This document shows positions 1 to 10,970 of a DNA stretch of 64,000 nt, piece by piece (the stretch's first letter is position 1; each line of letters starts with the position of its first letter). The notes under the pieces were generated by a model that saw only the letters and a program-made list of their open reading frames with translations, was not told where the DNA came from and searched no databases. The position numbers were made by a program, and so were the translations under genes. The stretch covers positions 14,014,001 through 14,078,000 of the forward strand of contig NC_087263.1 in NCBI RefSeq assembly GCF_037042905.1, read 5' to 3'. The DNA comes from Lytechinus pictus. Taxonomy: Eukaryota.

Positions 1-475
1 TCGTCACGCGTGTGTACAGCTTTTGACTGCCCGCCCTCCGGAGAGCATATGCTTATGATATCTCTTTAAATTAAAACCGATGATACTTCACTAATGTGTG
101 CAAGATATCTGAACACGTGGTCATCTTTCGTTTTCTTCCTACCATGCCTACTGTTAAACAGTAACGCGAATACCGGCGCTGTATTAATGCTTAACCCATA
201 CGGTGTTAGCAGATACTATCATCAATCATGCGATAGCACATATTATTGACTGATACGTCAGACGAACAAAGGTAGTTCAACTTCACTACGATATGCTACC
301 AACATGAGTCACGCCCAAGGAGACGAGAAAAGACCTTCTTGGATCTCTACTAATATGTCAAAGGTCTACACAACATGTCCAATACAACCTTATTGGTCAA
401 TGAACAAATCCGTTGTGTAAATTAACTAATGGTTGTGTAGCTTTTACACTATGTGATCGGAAAGTTTAACCATGT

Positions 476-665
476 GGAGATGCCGTGGCCGAGTGGTCTA
501 ATGCGCCTGGCTATACATTAAAAAGTCCGGGGTTCGATCCTCGGCCGAGGCAGCTATGCCCTTGAGCAAGGCATTTAATCTACAATGCTCTTTTATCCTG
601 CTTTAATATAAATGGAAATGCTATATGCATTATTGGTAACTAGGTGTGAACTTGTAGAAAAAATG
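476..665 (+). mobile_element. tRNA-derived SINE
   Basis: A box TGGCCGAGTGG (486-496) and B box GGTTCGATCC (531-540), followed by a SINE core-like motif TGCCCTTGAGCAAGGCATTTAATC. The anticodon arm is degraded, so this is not a tRNA gene. 3' end approximate. Confidence 0.8.
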
Positions 666-1172
666 AAACAACACTTGACCTGATACGTAAATACAACTAA
701 CGCGCATGTTCACTTTTCTAAAATAAAGATTTGAAGAAATCTAACGAAGAAAAGCAAGGTTATGATGCAAGGTTGATGTTGTGACGCCACATTGCAATGG
801 TTCATGATAACTGATCATATCAGGGAGATCTCCTTGATCATATATTCTTACATGGAAAGTGGATGACCTAATATCTTGACTACAGTGGTTTTGAGCTTCC
901 TGAGAACAGTGGAGAAATGTCAAATTTGCTTTATTTCATTTTAAACAGAACAAAGGAAAATAGTCGTAAATAATTACAATCACATTTACAAATAAAACTT
1001 AATATACAAACAATATAAATTGAGGTAGGTACAATGTTTGATATTTTTCCATAAGTAAAACAAATTATTACATGAAAGCAAATTATCATTCACATTACAA
1101 AGATCTGAGAAAATGACATTTGTGAGAATATCTTTTAATAGGAGAAACTGCTTTCATGTGACGTCACAAAAA

Positions 1173-1228
1173 CATTTTGACATTCCATGTCAATGTCCAT
1201 TTTGACATTCCATGTCAATGTCCATTTT
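1173..1228. repeat. 25-bp exact tandem duplication
   Basis: CATTTTGACATTCCATGTCAATGTC occurs twice, followed by a partial third copy. Confidence 0.9.
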
Positions 1229-2099
1229 TTGTATTTTCCCTAAATCTTTGATATGTTTTCTATTTTTTTCTGCTTTGAAGGGATTGACTAGCACTTGTTC
1301 TATCATAATTATCACCCCTATATACCAGCAGTGGCGTACAGAAAGGGGGGGGGGCTTGGGGCGCTTGTCCCCCCCCAAAAAAAAAAATGAATAAATAAGT
1401 AAATAAATAAAAATAAAATCACAACCAAGAAAAAAAAGGAAGGAAAAAGGAAGAGAGCAGGGTGAAATGTGATAGAATATAGATATACATGTAGATCTGT
1501 ACATTCCACATGAGTCAAGCCCAGACAAAGAGAACAAGAGCTTGCTCCTTATTCGATTTATTTACCAGACCACAAATTCGTTTACCACCTTGACTAGTGT
1601 TCTTTCGAATACCATTGCCTGTATCATTTTCGTATATAAATTACACATAGATATATCTACATTTCTCCGGATTTCTTTTAGCATGCTTGATCAGAGATCA
1701 TTGGAAAAGGCCTAAATGGCAATGACAGGCAAACTTTGTCAATAAATTCGGATAAAATATGTGGTAAAAGTACTGTACTCGTTCTTGATGAATAATAATC
1801 TTCAAGATACTGAAAAGACAACAATAGACCTAGGTCTTACCCACTATTTGACAGCATTAGAGTTTCTAGGGCCCCCCATTAACAAGTAATTTGGGCAAAA
1901 AAAACCCGACGAAAATGTTTAATATCTCGCAATCAATATGCGTTATTGTATAATAAGTTTAGCAGGGAAAACATAATAATAATAATTTTGTGATACCTAA
2001 ATCACTGCTAATAGCTATCATCACCAAAAAACCCCCTAACGAATGTAGACAAAATGAATTAATGAAAAAAATGAGGAATGATGTCCATTAGGCATGTCA

Positions 2100-2250
2100 G
2101 GAGAGTGTTTTATGAGCATATGTCATCTGAAACATTGTCGGATCTGACAACTTTGTTGGCTTTGATTGGCTGAGAAGCAACGGTATCTCTCTGCCACTAC
2201 TGTCGGATAAAACATTCTTGGTTGGGATACCCTTTCATGAAATGTTCCCC
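2100..2250. mobile_element. Short MITE of the CCAAT-containing family (relatives at 10878, 57670, 62745, 62912)
   Basis: GGAGAGTGTTTTATGA...TTTCATGAAATGTTCCC ends; internal TGATTGGCTGAGAAGC and ACTGTCGGATAAAACA are shared with 57670-57930. Confidence 0.6.
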
Positions 2251-3023
2251 ATATCGCAGATATCGTGTGAGATATAACGAATACTTTTCGAATGCTTAGG
2301 AGATTACCGAGCCTGACTGTTCTACATTTAGCACGATGGAATAACAAATATTACTGGAAGTTAATAAATTTGAAACAATATAGTTAGGGAGATTATGTTG
2401 CCGATCAGCTTACATTTAGTAAATGTTGACATTTGTCGACCGGTTATCAAGTGCTAGATCAACATGACTGTTTGAAGAGGAAAACCAAACAATGATCAGA
2501 TGATTGTAACCTGTTTGTCGAACAAATATAAATGAAATATCAACAAGTTGGACATTAGAACGTTGGTATTTTTGTAGAATCGTAAGTCGTGTTTTTATAT
2601 GTATATGTTATTGTCTGTTACATGTTCCCTCCTTGTTTTGCGGTTTTGCTTTGCTATAAACTTTCCATTATACTTTATTTTATATTTTCAAATGGTCAAA
2701 TTATCGAGCTTTTCAATTCATACTCGTTCTTCTATATACCATCTTCCATATTTTCTCTTTACTCCATCTATGTTTTCTCCCCTACAATCGTCGGTGTCGT
2801 CGCTTTCATCTCCATCATTTTCTATGTTCTTGTTGTTGTACCCGAACTCATTGTTTTCTTTTCCAGTACGTCTTCATATTCTATATCTTTCTCTCTTGTC
2901 ATATTGCACGTCGTAGTTGTTATAGTAATCAAGTAATTGTTTACTACTATTCTTCGTAATGCCGTTGCTTTTGTCGTCATCTGCGTCTTTGTAGTTGCTT
3001 TCTCCTCCGGCTTCTTCTATTAA

Positions 3024-3629
3024 AGGTCAAGTCCACCTCAGAAAAATGTTGATTTTAATCAATAGAGAAAATCAGACAAGCACAATGCTGAAAATTTCAT
3101 CAAAATCGGATGTAAAATAAGAAAGTTATGACATTTCAAGTCTTCGCTTATTTTTCACAAAATAGTTATATGAACGAGTAAGTAACATCCAAATGAGAGA
3201 GTTGATGATGTCACTCACTCACTATTTCTTTTGTTTTTTTATTGTTTGAATTATACAATATTTCAATTTTTACAAATTTGACAATTAGGACCTCCTTGCC
3301 TGAACCACAAGATGTTAAAATAATGGAATTCCACGTGTTCAGGGAGGAATGAAACTTAATTTCACATCATGACAATGACGAGAAAATCAAAATATTTCAT
3401 ATTTCATATAATAAAATACAAAAGAAATAGTGAGTGAGTGATGTCATCAGTTCCCTCATTTGCATACCGACCGAGATGTGCATACAACTGTTTTGTGAAA
3501 TAAAGTGAAACTTTAAAATGTCATAACTTTCTTATTTTACATCCGATTTTGAAGAAATTTTCAGCGTTATGCTTGTTGGATGTTTCTCTTTTTATTCAAA
3601 TCAAGTTTTTGTTGGGGTGGACTTGTCCT
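3024..3629. mobile_element. Non-autonomous Kolobok-like DNA transposon (TTAA TSD), 606 bp
   Basis: TTAA|AGGTCAAGTCCACC...GGTGGACTTGTCCT|TTAA with long imperfect inverted arms. A second copy starts at 63706. Confidence 0.9.
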
Positions 3630-3937
3630 TTAAATATTCTTGCCATCACATTTTTTTTCCATTTTGTCTCGTCTTCGCACTATCCTTCCATTCCCACCCA
3701 CACCTCCTTCGGTTACTAATGAAACCTACTACAAACATGTTCACCCTGAAAGAGATCACCTCAAACCAATTTCATAAAAAGCAAACGGATGTAATCTGAA
3801 GAAGGGTCAACCTAAATGTTTCGTACTCTAGAAGAAACATCCCATTTTCTGAATTTTCTCATCATGGAGCTTGCTTTCCCTCCTCCATACAGGGATGAAC
3901 ATAGCAAGGAAAGGTATATCACTTTCTTTGACGCCCA

Positions 3938-4040
3938 GTAACACCACCTGAATCGACTCCAAACGGACCGATAATATGCCATTCGAAATAACGTGATCGA
4001 TTTGATCGGTCTGGAGTCGGTTTCGTTGGTGTGACTGCAA
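3938..4040. mobile_element. ~105-bp hairpin element (GTCACACCAACGAAACCGACTCC family)
   Basis: Same sequence as 23036-23143, 36820-36927 and 63203-63542; core CCATTCGAAATAACG and right arm GATCGGTCTGGAGTCGGTTTCGTTGGTGTGACTG. Confidence 0.8.
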
Positions 4041-4117
4041 CATAGGTAACCATTAAACCGTAACACTGGCCCAGTTCAAAGCGGTATCAATGTACACCTT
4101 ACATCCCAAAGGACCAG

Positions 4118-4247
4118 GTGCCCGTAACACAAAGCTTAGCAATCATCGTAGAATAATATATTTACGATTGATTGCATTGACCGTAATGTACAATCAATCG
4201 TGAAAATCAGGCGAACGATCAATCGCTGAACTTCGTGTTACCGGACC
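4118..4247. mobile_element. Harbinger/Tourist-like MITE, ~130 bp
   Basis: GTGCCCGTAACACAAAG...CTTCGTGTTACCGGACC inverted ends; an inverted copy of 4941-5069. Confidence 0.8.
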
Positions 4248-4940
4248 CGGTGCATGCGGATGTAACGCCTTTGAGCTTGATCACGTGATCAAAACTACAT
4301 GTTGAAGGCGCCTTTTCAAGTTGTTAGACAACGCCATAGAGCTGCGCTGTACCCAACGGGGGTATCACAAACTAGTTTTTGATAAATAATTCACATAATT
4401 ATACACCTAGACCATGGCTGATTAGAATAATGGAGGTGCGCTCAGGTTGCTTCCAGCTTTCTTTTATCGCTTCAAGAATGGACCTACTAAAAAGGATTCA
4501 ACTCGTTTCACAATACACAAGTCATGACATAATTATTTTAGGCCAAGAAGCAGATCTCGGGGCCATTGTGTTAGCTCCTGAAATTTGTGAAAACGCAAAA
4601 TGATTCTTTCTTTCATGTCCATCGTCTACAATTACAAAAAAAATATAAGATATTTTGCTAGAAGTTGGGACACTACAAATCCTTTCTACTTGCAGCCATC
4701 AGGACTTTGGGCAATTGATATTGCTGGTTAAGGTAAGGTCATGGGGGATATACAATGGTGTGCCATAATACCAAAGTCTTCCCTTTGGGGAAAATTAATC
4801 CGCGAATAACGAAGCGAAAATGTATAATTCAGGATATCACTTGTGTTCGGCTGTGAGAAAGAAATCGGTTTACCAGGTTAATATTGAACATGGCTTTCAG
4901 GCAGCTTCTTTGTAGGTAACCATGGTAACAATGTATTCAG

Positions 4941-5069
4941 AGGCCCGTGACACAAAGGTTAGCGATTAATCGTACGCTTGATTTCACGATTGATTGTACA
5001 TTGTAGTCAATGGAATCAATCGTAGAAAAATGTGTCTACGATCATTGCTAAGCTTTGTGTTACGGGCCC
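4941..5069. mobile_element. Harbinger/Tourist-like MITE with CAG TSD
   Basis: CAG|AGGCCCGTGACACAAAG...CTTTGTGTTACGGGCCC|CAG. Confidence 0.85.
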
Positions 5070-5072
5070 CAG

Positions 5073-5365
5073 GAGTGTTCGAACTGCGATGCACAATGGA
5101 TTAAAAAACATGGTACATTCAGTGAAAATGTCTGTCAAATGACAATGAACAGCTGGGATGTCTTTGTCGAAAATTGGTGAAACGGAATAGCAGTTTCGTC
5201 CTAAGTTTACAAACACATGTATGTCGTTTGTGTCCAGGACGAAACTTCTATTTTGATTAATCAATTTTAGACAAAGACTTCTTGGTTGCTCATTGTCAGG
5301 GTGGACATTTGACGATACATTTTCTATGATCTTTAATCCGCTCTGTGTCGCGGTGCAAAATTCCC
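5073..5365. mobile_element. ~290-bp palindromic MITE (GACAATGAACAGCTGGGA family)
   Basis: Copies at 23141-23580, 49065-49365 and, inverted, at 51475-51742; internal inverted pair TCTTTGTCGAAAATTG / CAATTTTAGACAAAGA. Confidence 0.8.
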
Positions 5366-6744
5366 TAATAACAGGTTGCAGAAAGAGTTATAATAAAACG
5401 CATCTCCCAAAGAATTAAACGCAACTGGATTTTAGCCAATCAGAAGCGCGCATTCGGGATTTGAGTTTGATTTTACAAGTTGCGTTTAAACGCAACGCTC
5501 CATGAAACAGACTTCTAGTGGATTTTCAACTGATCACGCTGTTCCTAAAACGTTTGCATGACGGGAGCAACGAGGATATGTAGTGCTTAGTGAGACTACA
5601 TGGTCTCCGATAATCTGTTTTTTCCCCTGTCTTTCAATTTTCTGTGTTTTCATATTCTTTCTCTATTCTTTTCCTAACAAAGTGTGAATGTATTTCAAAT
5701 ATTCCAAATAAATTCTTCCTTACTTTGCAGTAAAAAGGAAAAAAAAGAATTAGCAATGAAAGTATAAATCAACAAAGATCATATTAGACTTGAAAAAAAA
5801 AATGATTCAGGACGAGTGCAATTAAAACTCTAAATGAGCTTGCTATACTTTAATGATTCTAGTAGCTTTTCGTAATATGATGCGCCCCATGAACTTGGCG
5901 GGTTCTGTTTGGCGCCAATTTTCACTTCACAAGTTTTATACCCAGTGGAGGGTATCAAAATGACTTGAGTTTCGCTGAATTATTCAGAGAGCAACCTTGA
6001 TGAAGAGCATTTCTTTGCCATATTATACAAGGCAGACAGACAAAAGATGCAAACAGGGTTTTGTTGCACGCAGAAGACGTCTTCCTGTAAGGGACTCTCA
6101 CATCTCACGTATGACACCATTTTTCCATTTAACCATATTTCTTGATACAAGCGATTACAATTTGTTAATCCCACAAAATGATTTTTCAGATGAAGAATAT
6201 TCAAATATTGTGTTGTTGGCAAGACGTTTCATAACCAATCATATCCTATGGCACCAAGAATATTAAAAACACCCAAAAAATATTTGATTTCTTGCATGAT
6301 ATTTGCACTGGTGCCCTCCTGCTTACTGCTCCGTTCACCCGCAGTTTAAGGGACATGGCATTAACAGCATAAATTGATTTCTATATCAATAATAATTGTT
6401 TTTATGCATTTATTTGTGTTGTTAACAAATTGCCACTCTTCATACTAAGAAATAAATGCTTGATATCACGAAAAAAATAATGATTGAGAAAACGAGTTCG
6501 CAACTTGCCATACATACTTCGGCATACGCTGGCTAAAAAGCCCCTGTAGCATTTAGTGTCGTGTCTTGTGTTGCAGTGATGCACACCTTTGCTAGGTCTG
6601 GGGTGGGGTAGTGGTGTAGGTTACCGTAAGCAGAGATGGAAAAGGTTGGAAGTTTCTGAGACGCCGCTGGTGCATCGTAACCACGTTTTGTGTATCGTCT
6701 TTTGTAATAAGATCCTCTGGATACCTGTCTTGGGTATAATATGC

Positions 6745-6786
6745 GGGCGGGGAGTTTTGCAGATGCCATCCCGTTGCCATGGTAAC
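6745..6786. promoter_or_regulatory. RFX X-box plus GC box
   Basis: GTTGCCATGGTAAC (6773-6786) is a consensus X-box; GGGCGGGG lies at about 6745, in a CpG-richer unique island. Confidence 0.5.
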
Positions 6787-7540
6787 GCAGAGATGTGTTT
6801 CTGGTGACCGTGACGGCGATGGTGAAAAGGTGACATTTATCAGAAAAAATAGAGACTATGGAAATGAATTCATAATTTTAATGACAAAAATGTATCAAGG
6901 AAATAACATAGTCCATCGAACACGTTGAATATATAGGAAAGTAACAAAATTGATCAGCATAAATAGGAAAGTGAAAAAAGGACGGAAACTGCAGAAAAGG
7001 CACAAAATGTAACTCTGTCAATTCATACAGGTAGCTTGTCATTCCGCATACAGAATTTGGACCCCCCTCCCTTATATGGAAGCTTGAATAAATATTTGCA
7101 AGAAATATTGTGTTCGCGGCATATAATTTTTGTTCACATGGATAGACTAATAGCCATTAATAAATGATAAACTTTTCAAAAGTATGTCATCATCAAGATA
7201 TAAATGCATATGATTGAATAAATTCCGTTAAATGGTCCTGTGGGATCCTTAAATACAGCTTGATTCCATGAAAAAAAAAATCGTCTGGGAATTCCGGTCA
7301 ATTACTCAATGCCTACAGCGCATGAATGGCACGATAAATCTTTCATGTCTTTAGGACGTTGAGTCCTCAGTGGCCCAGTTCATTACTTTAATCTGTTAGT
7401 GTCCTGCATCTCGGACTTTTTTAAAGGTGTCAAAAACTGTGAAAACAGAAAATCGCGTTAGTGTATTAGGCATATGAAACATTTAACTGCAAAAGTGAAG
7501 GTTCTCGGCGTTGCGCAACAATTTTGGACCCCCCCCCCCA

Positions 7541-7807
7541 CTGCTGGAAAGAACATAGTGTCAAACAGTGTGATCACAGTGTGTTAATATAGTGAACTCT
7601 CTGAAAATATTATCCACACTGTTAATATGCTCAAATCCAACAGTGCGAAAATATTTTCACACTATGGACCCCTCGACAGTGTGACTGTTCAAAGCGTGCT
7701 CACAGGGTTGAATATGGGATTCACACTGTTGATATGCTCAAATTTAACAGTGTGAATGTGATTTCACATTGTGTTCCACACTGTGAACACACTGTTAATT
7801 ACAGTAG
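7541..7807. mobile_element. Element built of CACACTGT/ACAGTGTG sub-repeats, related to 15627-16730
   Basis: Starts CTGCTGGAAA, the reverse complement of the TTTCCAGCAG end near 16720; shares CACACTGTTAA-ATGCTCAAAT motifs. Confidence 0.6.
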
Positions 7808-8318
7808 CCCCCCCCCCCTTCCCTTCTCACAATCCCCCTATTCCCAGCTCACGTACCTTCGATCTCCCTCTCTTGTCTCTTGAGGCAGATAGACTCAGTT
7901 TGTGCGAGCTAAGATGACAATCTTGGGTGTCTTAAGTGGCGATCTCTCGTGATCTATTGTTTCCTCTGTTTTATCTCCTTCCTGGTAATGTCTGAGGCGT
8001 TCTCCACCCACTTGATACCCCACTTGAGGACGTCTCCTAGCCCATGAATATTCAACAATTCAAATGAATGGAGAGGATAACCGGTGGGGGATATACGACC
8101 CTGTTAAAGGTGTAGTATCGTCTTTAGATTTTCATGAATTTTCAATGGTGTATTTAAAGCGAACCATGAATAACAAGAGGTACGACCTTCACTTGTGCGA
8201 GATAGGTTACTTATTTGAAATTGTACCCGAGTCTCCTCGAAGGAGTTCAGTCACACAGGAGGCGATCACCGACTAGGCTCATGTACTAAAAAGTTAGTCT
8301 TGATCAACAAACCCAATG

Positions 8319-8921
8319 TCCTGTATTCTGAAGTCAGGCTTAACTTAAATAATAATAATAATAACACAGTTCTTGTATAGCGCATATCACATCATGTCAT
8401 AACGTCCATATGTGCTTTCAAAGGGCTTGGATATTATTACCCTGGCTTTCGCCCCGCAGCCTTTTACAGCGCGGTGGCATTTCAAGAAATAAATTCCTGC
8501 CAGGTACCCATTCACCTCACCTCGGTTGAGTGCAGCACAATGTGGATGAATTTCTTGCTGAAGGAAATTACGCCATGACTGGGATTCGAACCCACGACCC
8601 TCTGTTTCAAAGTCAGAAGACTAATCCACTGGGCCACAACGCTCCACATGGTCTAACTCTGTGCTAAAACTATGGAAAGTAAAAAAATGTCAAAATTTTA
8701 CTTACATCGCATGTGTCTTAGTAACTGTGCTCTTCCCTAACTCGCGAATGGTGAAGAAATGTTTATCCTTTCGAATCAGCTAAGAATGATTTGATAGAAA
8801 AATGAGCTGATACATTAAAATTATACTATTAAAGTTTTATGCCACTATTGGCTATCCATAATTAAACCACAGCTGTAAACCAGAGTATCACAATAATTAA
8901 ACCAGATATCACAATACGGGC
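8319..8921. mobile_element. Harbinger-like MITE (family of 53351-53641) interrupted by a SINE
   Basis: TCCTGTATTCTGAAGTCAGGCTTAACTTA|SINE|CATGGTCTAACTCTGTGCTAAAA...CAATACGGGC; both halves match the intact copy. Confidence 0.8.
8348..8646 (-). mobile_element. Full-length tRNA-derived SINE (SURF1-like)
   Basis: Minus strand reads GGAGCGTTGTGGCCCAGTGG...GGTTCGAATCCC, then central TGTGCTGCACTCAACCGAGGTGAGGTGAATGGGTACC and a (TTA)n tail. Confidence 0.9.
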
Positions 8922-9034
8922 TTATGTGTTAATTTCTTTCTTGCACACTGGCGAGTATCAATCTTATACGATTTCTGACGTTTAGGATCAAACTTGAAGG
9001 TCACCACCTAAAAGACCTTCATGAACACCTAAAT

Positions 9035-9135
9035 AACATGCCTTCCAAAGAAGCATGAGTGGCATGGGCGGGATTCGAATTCCGAACCTTCATGTTTGTT
9101 GTCAGGCGCCGTGAGCAACAAATCCACGATACCGT
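9035..9135 (-). mobile_element. Degraded tRNA-SINE head fragment
   Basis: B-box-like GAATTCGAATCCCGCC on the minus strand followed by a weak core-like segment. Confidence 0.35.
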
Positions 9136-9478
9136 CACCATGTCCACCACTGACCACATATCGTTGATAAACACTGAAAAGCAATTAAATGCATTTTGAA
9201 TTTCGATGAAATAATGGTTAAGTGATCCTAAACATGGTAGAGAGTAAAAGGAGCATAGACATTTTTCCTATCCTTTCAAAACCAAGCAAACATGACCGTA
9301 GAATAAATCATCACATCAAAATAGAAGATAGAATGTTGCATTCCGGCTACATGATCATTCAAGATCTTGAAAACGGGTACTTTGCAACATGACTCTAACA
9401 TTGTGTCTTGAAGTGCCCTTGAATAGATCAGCGAAGATTTTCTTCGGTCTATTTCCTTTACATAAGGTTTCTCCTATA

Positions 9479-10283
9479 CAGTGCGTCCCAGAAAAAACGA
9501 AACCGAGATTTATCGATGATTTATCATAACTTAATCACAAATACAATAGACAAGTGACCTACCATTGTAAAGCTTAGAATCTCCTCTTTCATCTGTAATT
9601 ACTTAGATTATTTCTCATTCACGCATGAGTGAGCAAAAACAATTTGAAGAGGGGATACCAAAAAGTCACTTGGCGGGCTGTATCTGGATTTCAGAATGAA
9701 AACCACATTTTCGAAAAACTGAATATCTGATCTTTAATTTGATACCTCAATTACAGAAAATGGTCTAGAAATAACAAATTTCTGCCTATTTGAAATAAAG
9801 CTTGAATTTTAATAATTTCATAAAATGAAGAGGTTCCGAGTCACTGGACAGTCCGTTTTGTTGAAGATCGGCCATGCATTAAGTCTTTTGTTAACCGTGC
9901 GATAGCTTCTGTGGGAAACCGGTGAAAACACGTTTATTTCATGAAATTATGGAAATACAAGCATTGTTTCAAGGGAACAGAACTTTTTTATTTCTTAACC
10001 ATTTTCTGTGAGTAAGGTATCAAATAAAAGAGCAGATATTGAACTTTTTGGGAATGTGATTTTCTTTTTGAAATTCAGATACCCCCTGCCAAATGAGTTT
10101 TTGGTATCCTTTCTTCAAATTGTTTTTGCTCACTCATGCGTGAATGAGAAACACTCTAAGTAATTTCAGATAAAAGAGGATATTCTAAGCTTTACAATGG
10201 TAGGTCACTTGTCTATTGTATTTGTGATTAAGTTATGATAAATCATCGATAAATCTCGGTTTCGTTTTTTCTGGGACGCACTG
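9479..10283. mobile_element. Tc1/mariner-type fold-back MITE, 805 bp, TA TSD
   Basis: TA|CAGTGCGTCCCAGAAAAAACG...CGTTTTTTCTGGGACGCACTG|TA. The outer ~100 bp of the arms look identical, and homology extends over roughly 300 bp. Confidence 0.95.
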
Positions 10284-10877
10284 TATAGGTTTTCGAACTC
10301 AAAACGTGTCTTTAGTAGATAAGTTACATGCATCCTCTCTATGAGTATTAAAGCATGATAGGTGATATTAAAGTACGTAATTTCACTTTGACATTTAATT
10401 AAAAACTTGCAAACGGTAATAAAATTGGAAGGAATGGGTAATGTTGTCTGCAGGATATTGAATATAAAATCGGTTACACACTAATAATATTAAACAATCT
10501 GCAATGTATATAGCTTCCTGCATCTACATCAAGTATCAAGTACGGCGTTTAGAATTTACCAATGTTAACTGAAATCTAAACAAAAAAATCATGTTCCATT
10601 TGCTACTTCAAAAATTGGTATCTAAAACATTTATTTATAGCACTAATAGTTTGTAATTTAAATAGTTAAAGCGTATTTTCGATTTTTTTCATTTCATGTC
10701 TATTTCAAACAATAAAATATGGAAGGATCCTTTTCTTTATTAATATAAATACATAAGAATAATGACATTGAACCTCATCTATACGCCCTCTTCAAGCTCT
10801 GAAGACTTGGAACATACCACCGCACAAGTGCAATATAACCATCATCATTTCGTATTTACATCACGAAGTCAATACCG

Positions 10878-10970
10878 GGGACCTGTTTCATGAAGCATCT
10901 TACCAGTGTTCTTCACTGACTATTTTTTTCTCAGCCAATCAGAGGCTAGAATTTCAGTAGATTATAACAT
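10878..10970. mobile_element. Partial MITE of the CCAAT-containing family
   Basis: Reverse complement of part of 62912-63048 (TTCATGAAGCA...CACTGA...TCAGCCAATCAGA...GTAGATTATAACA). Confidence 0.6.

Noticed and set aside
476..552. tRNA gene
   Set aside because: Has A and B boxes, but the anticodon arm does not pair and it continues into a SINE core; the same applies to 8575-8646 and 37640-37711.
3891..3912. Plus-strand 21-nt micro-exon (CATACAG|...AAG|GTATAT)
   Set aside because: Weak donor and no supporting neighbouring exons; indistinguishable from chance.
6508..6525. miR-1-like sequence (GAAGTATGTAT on the minus strand)
   Set aside because: Only the 3' ~11 nt match; there is no seed and no precursor hairpin.
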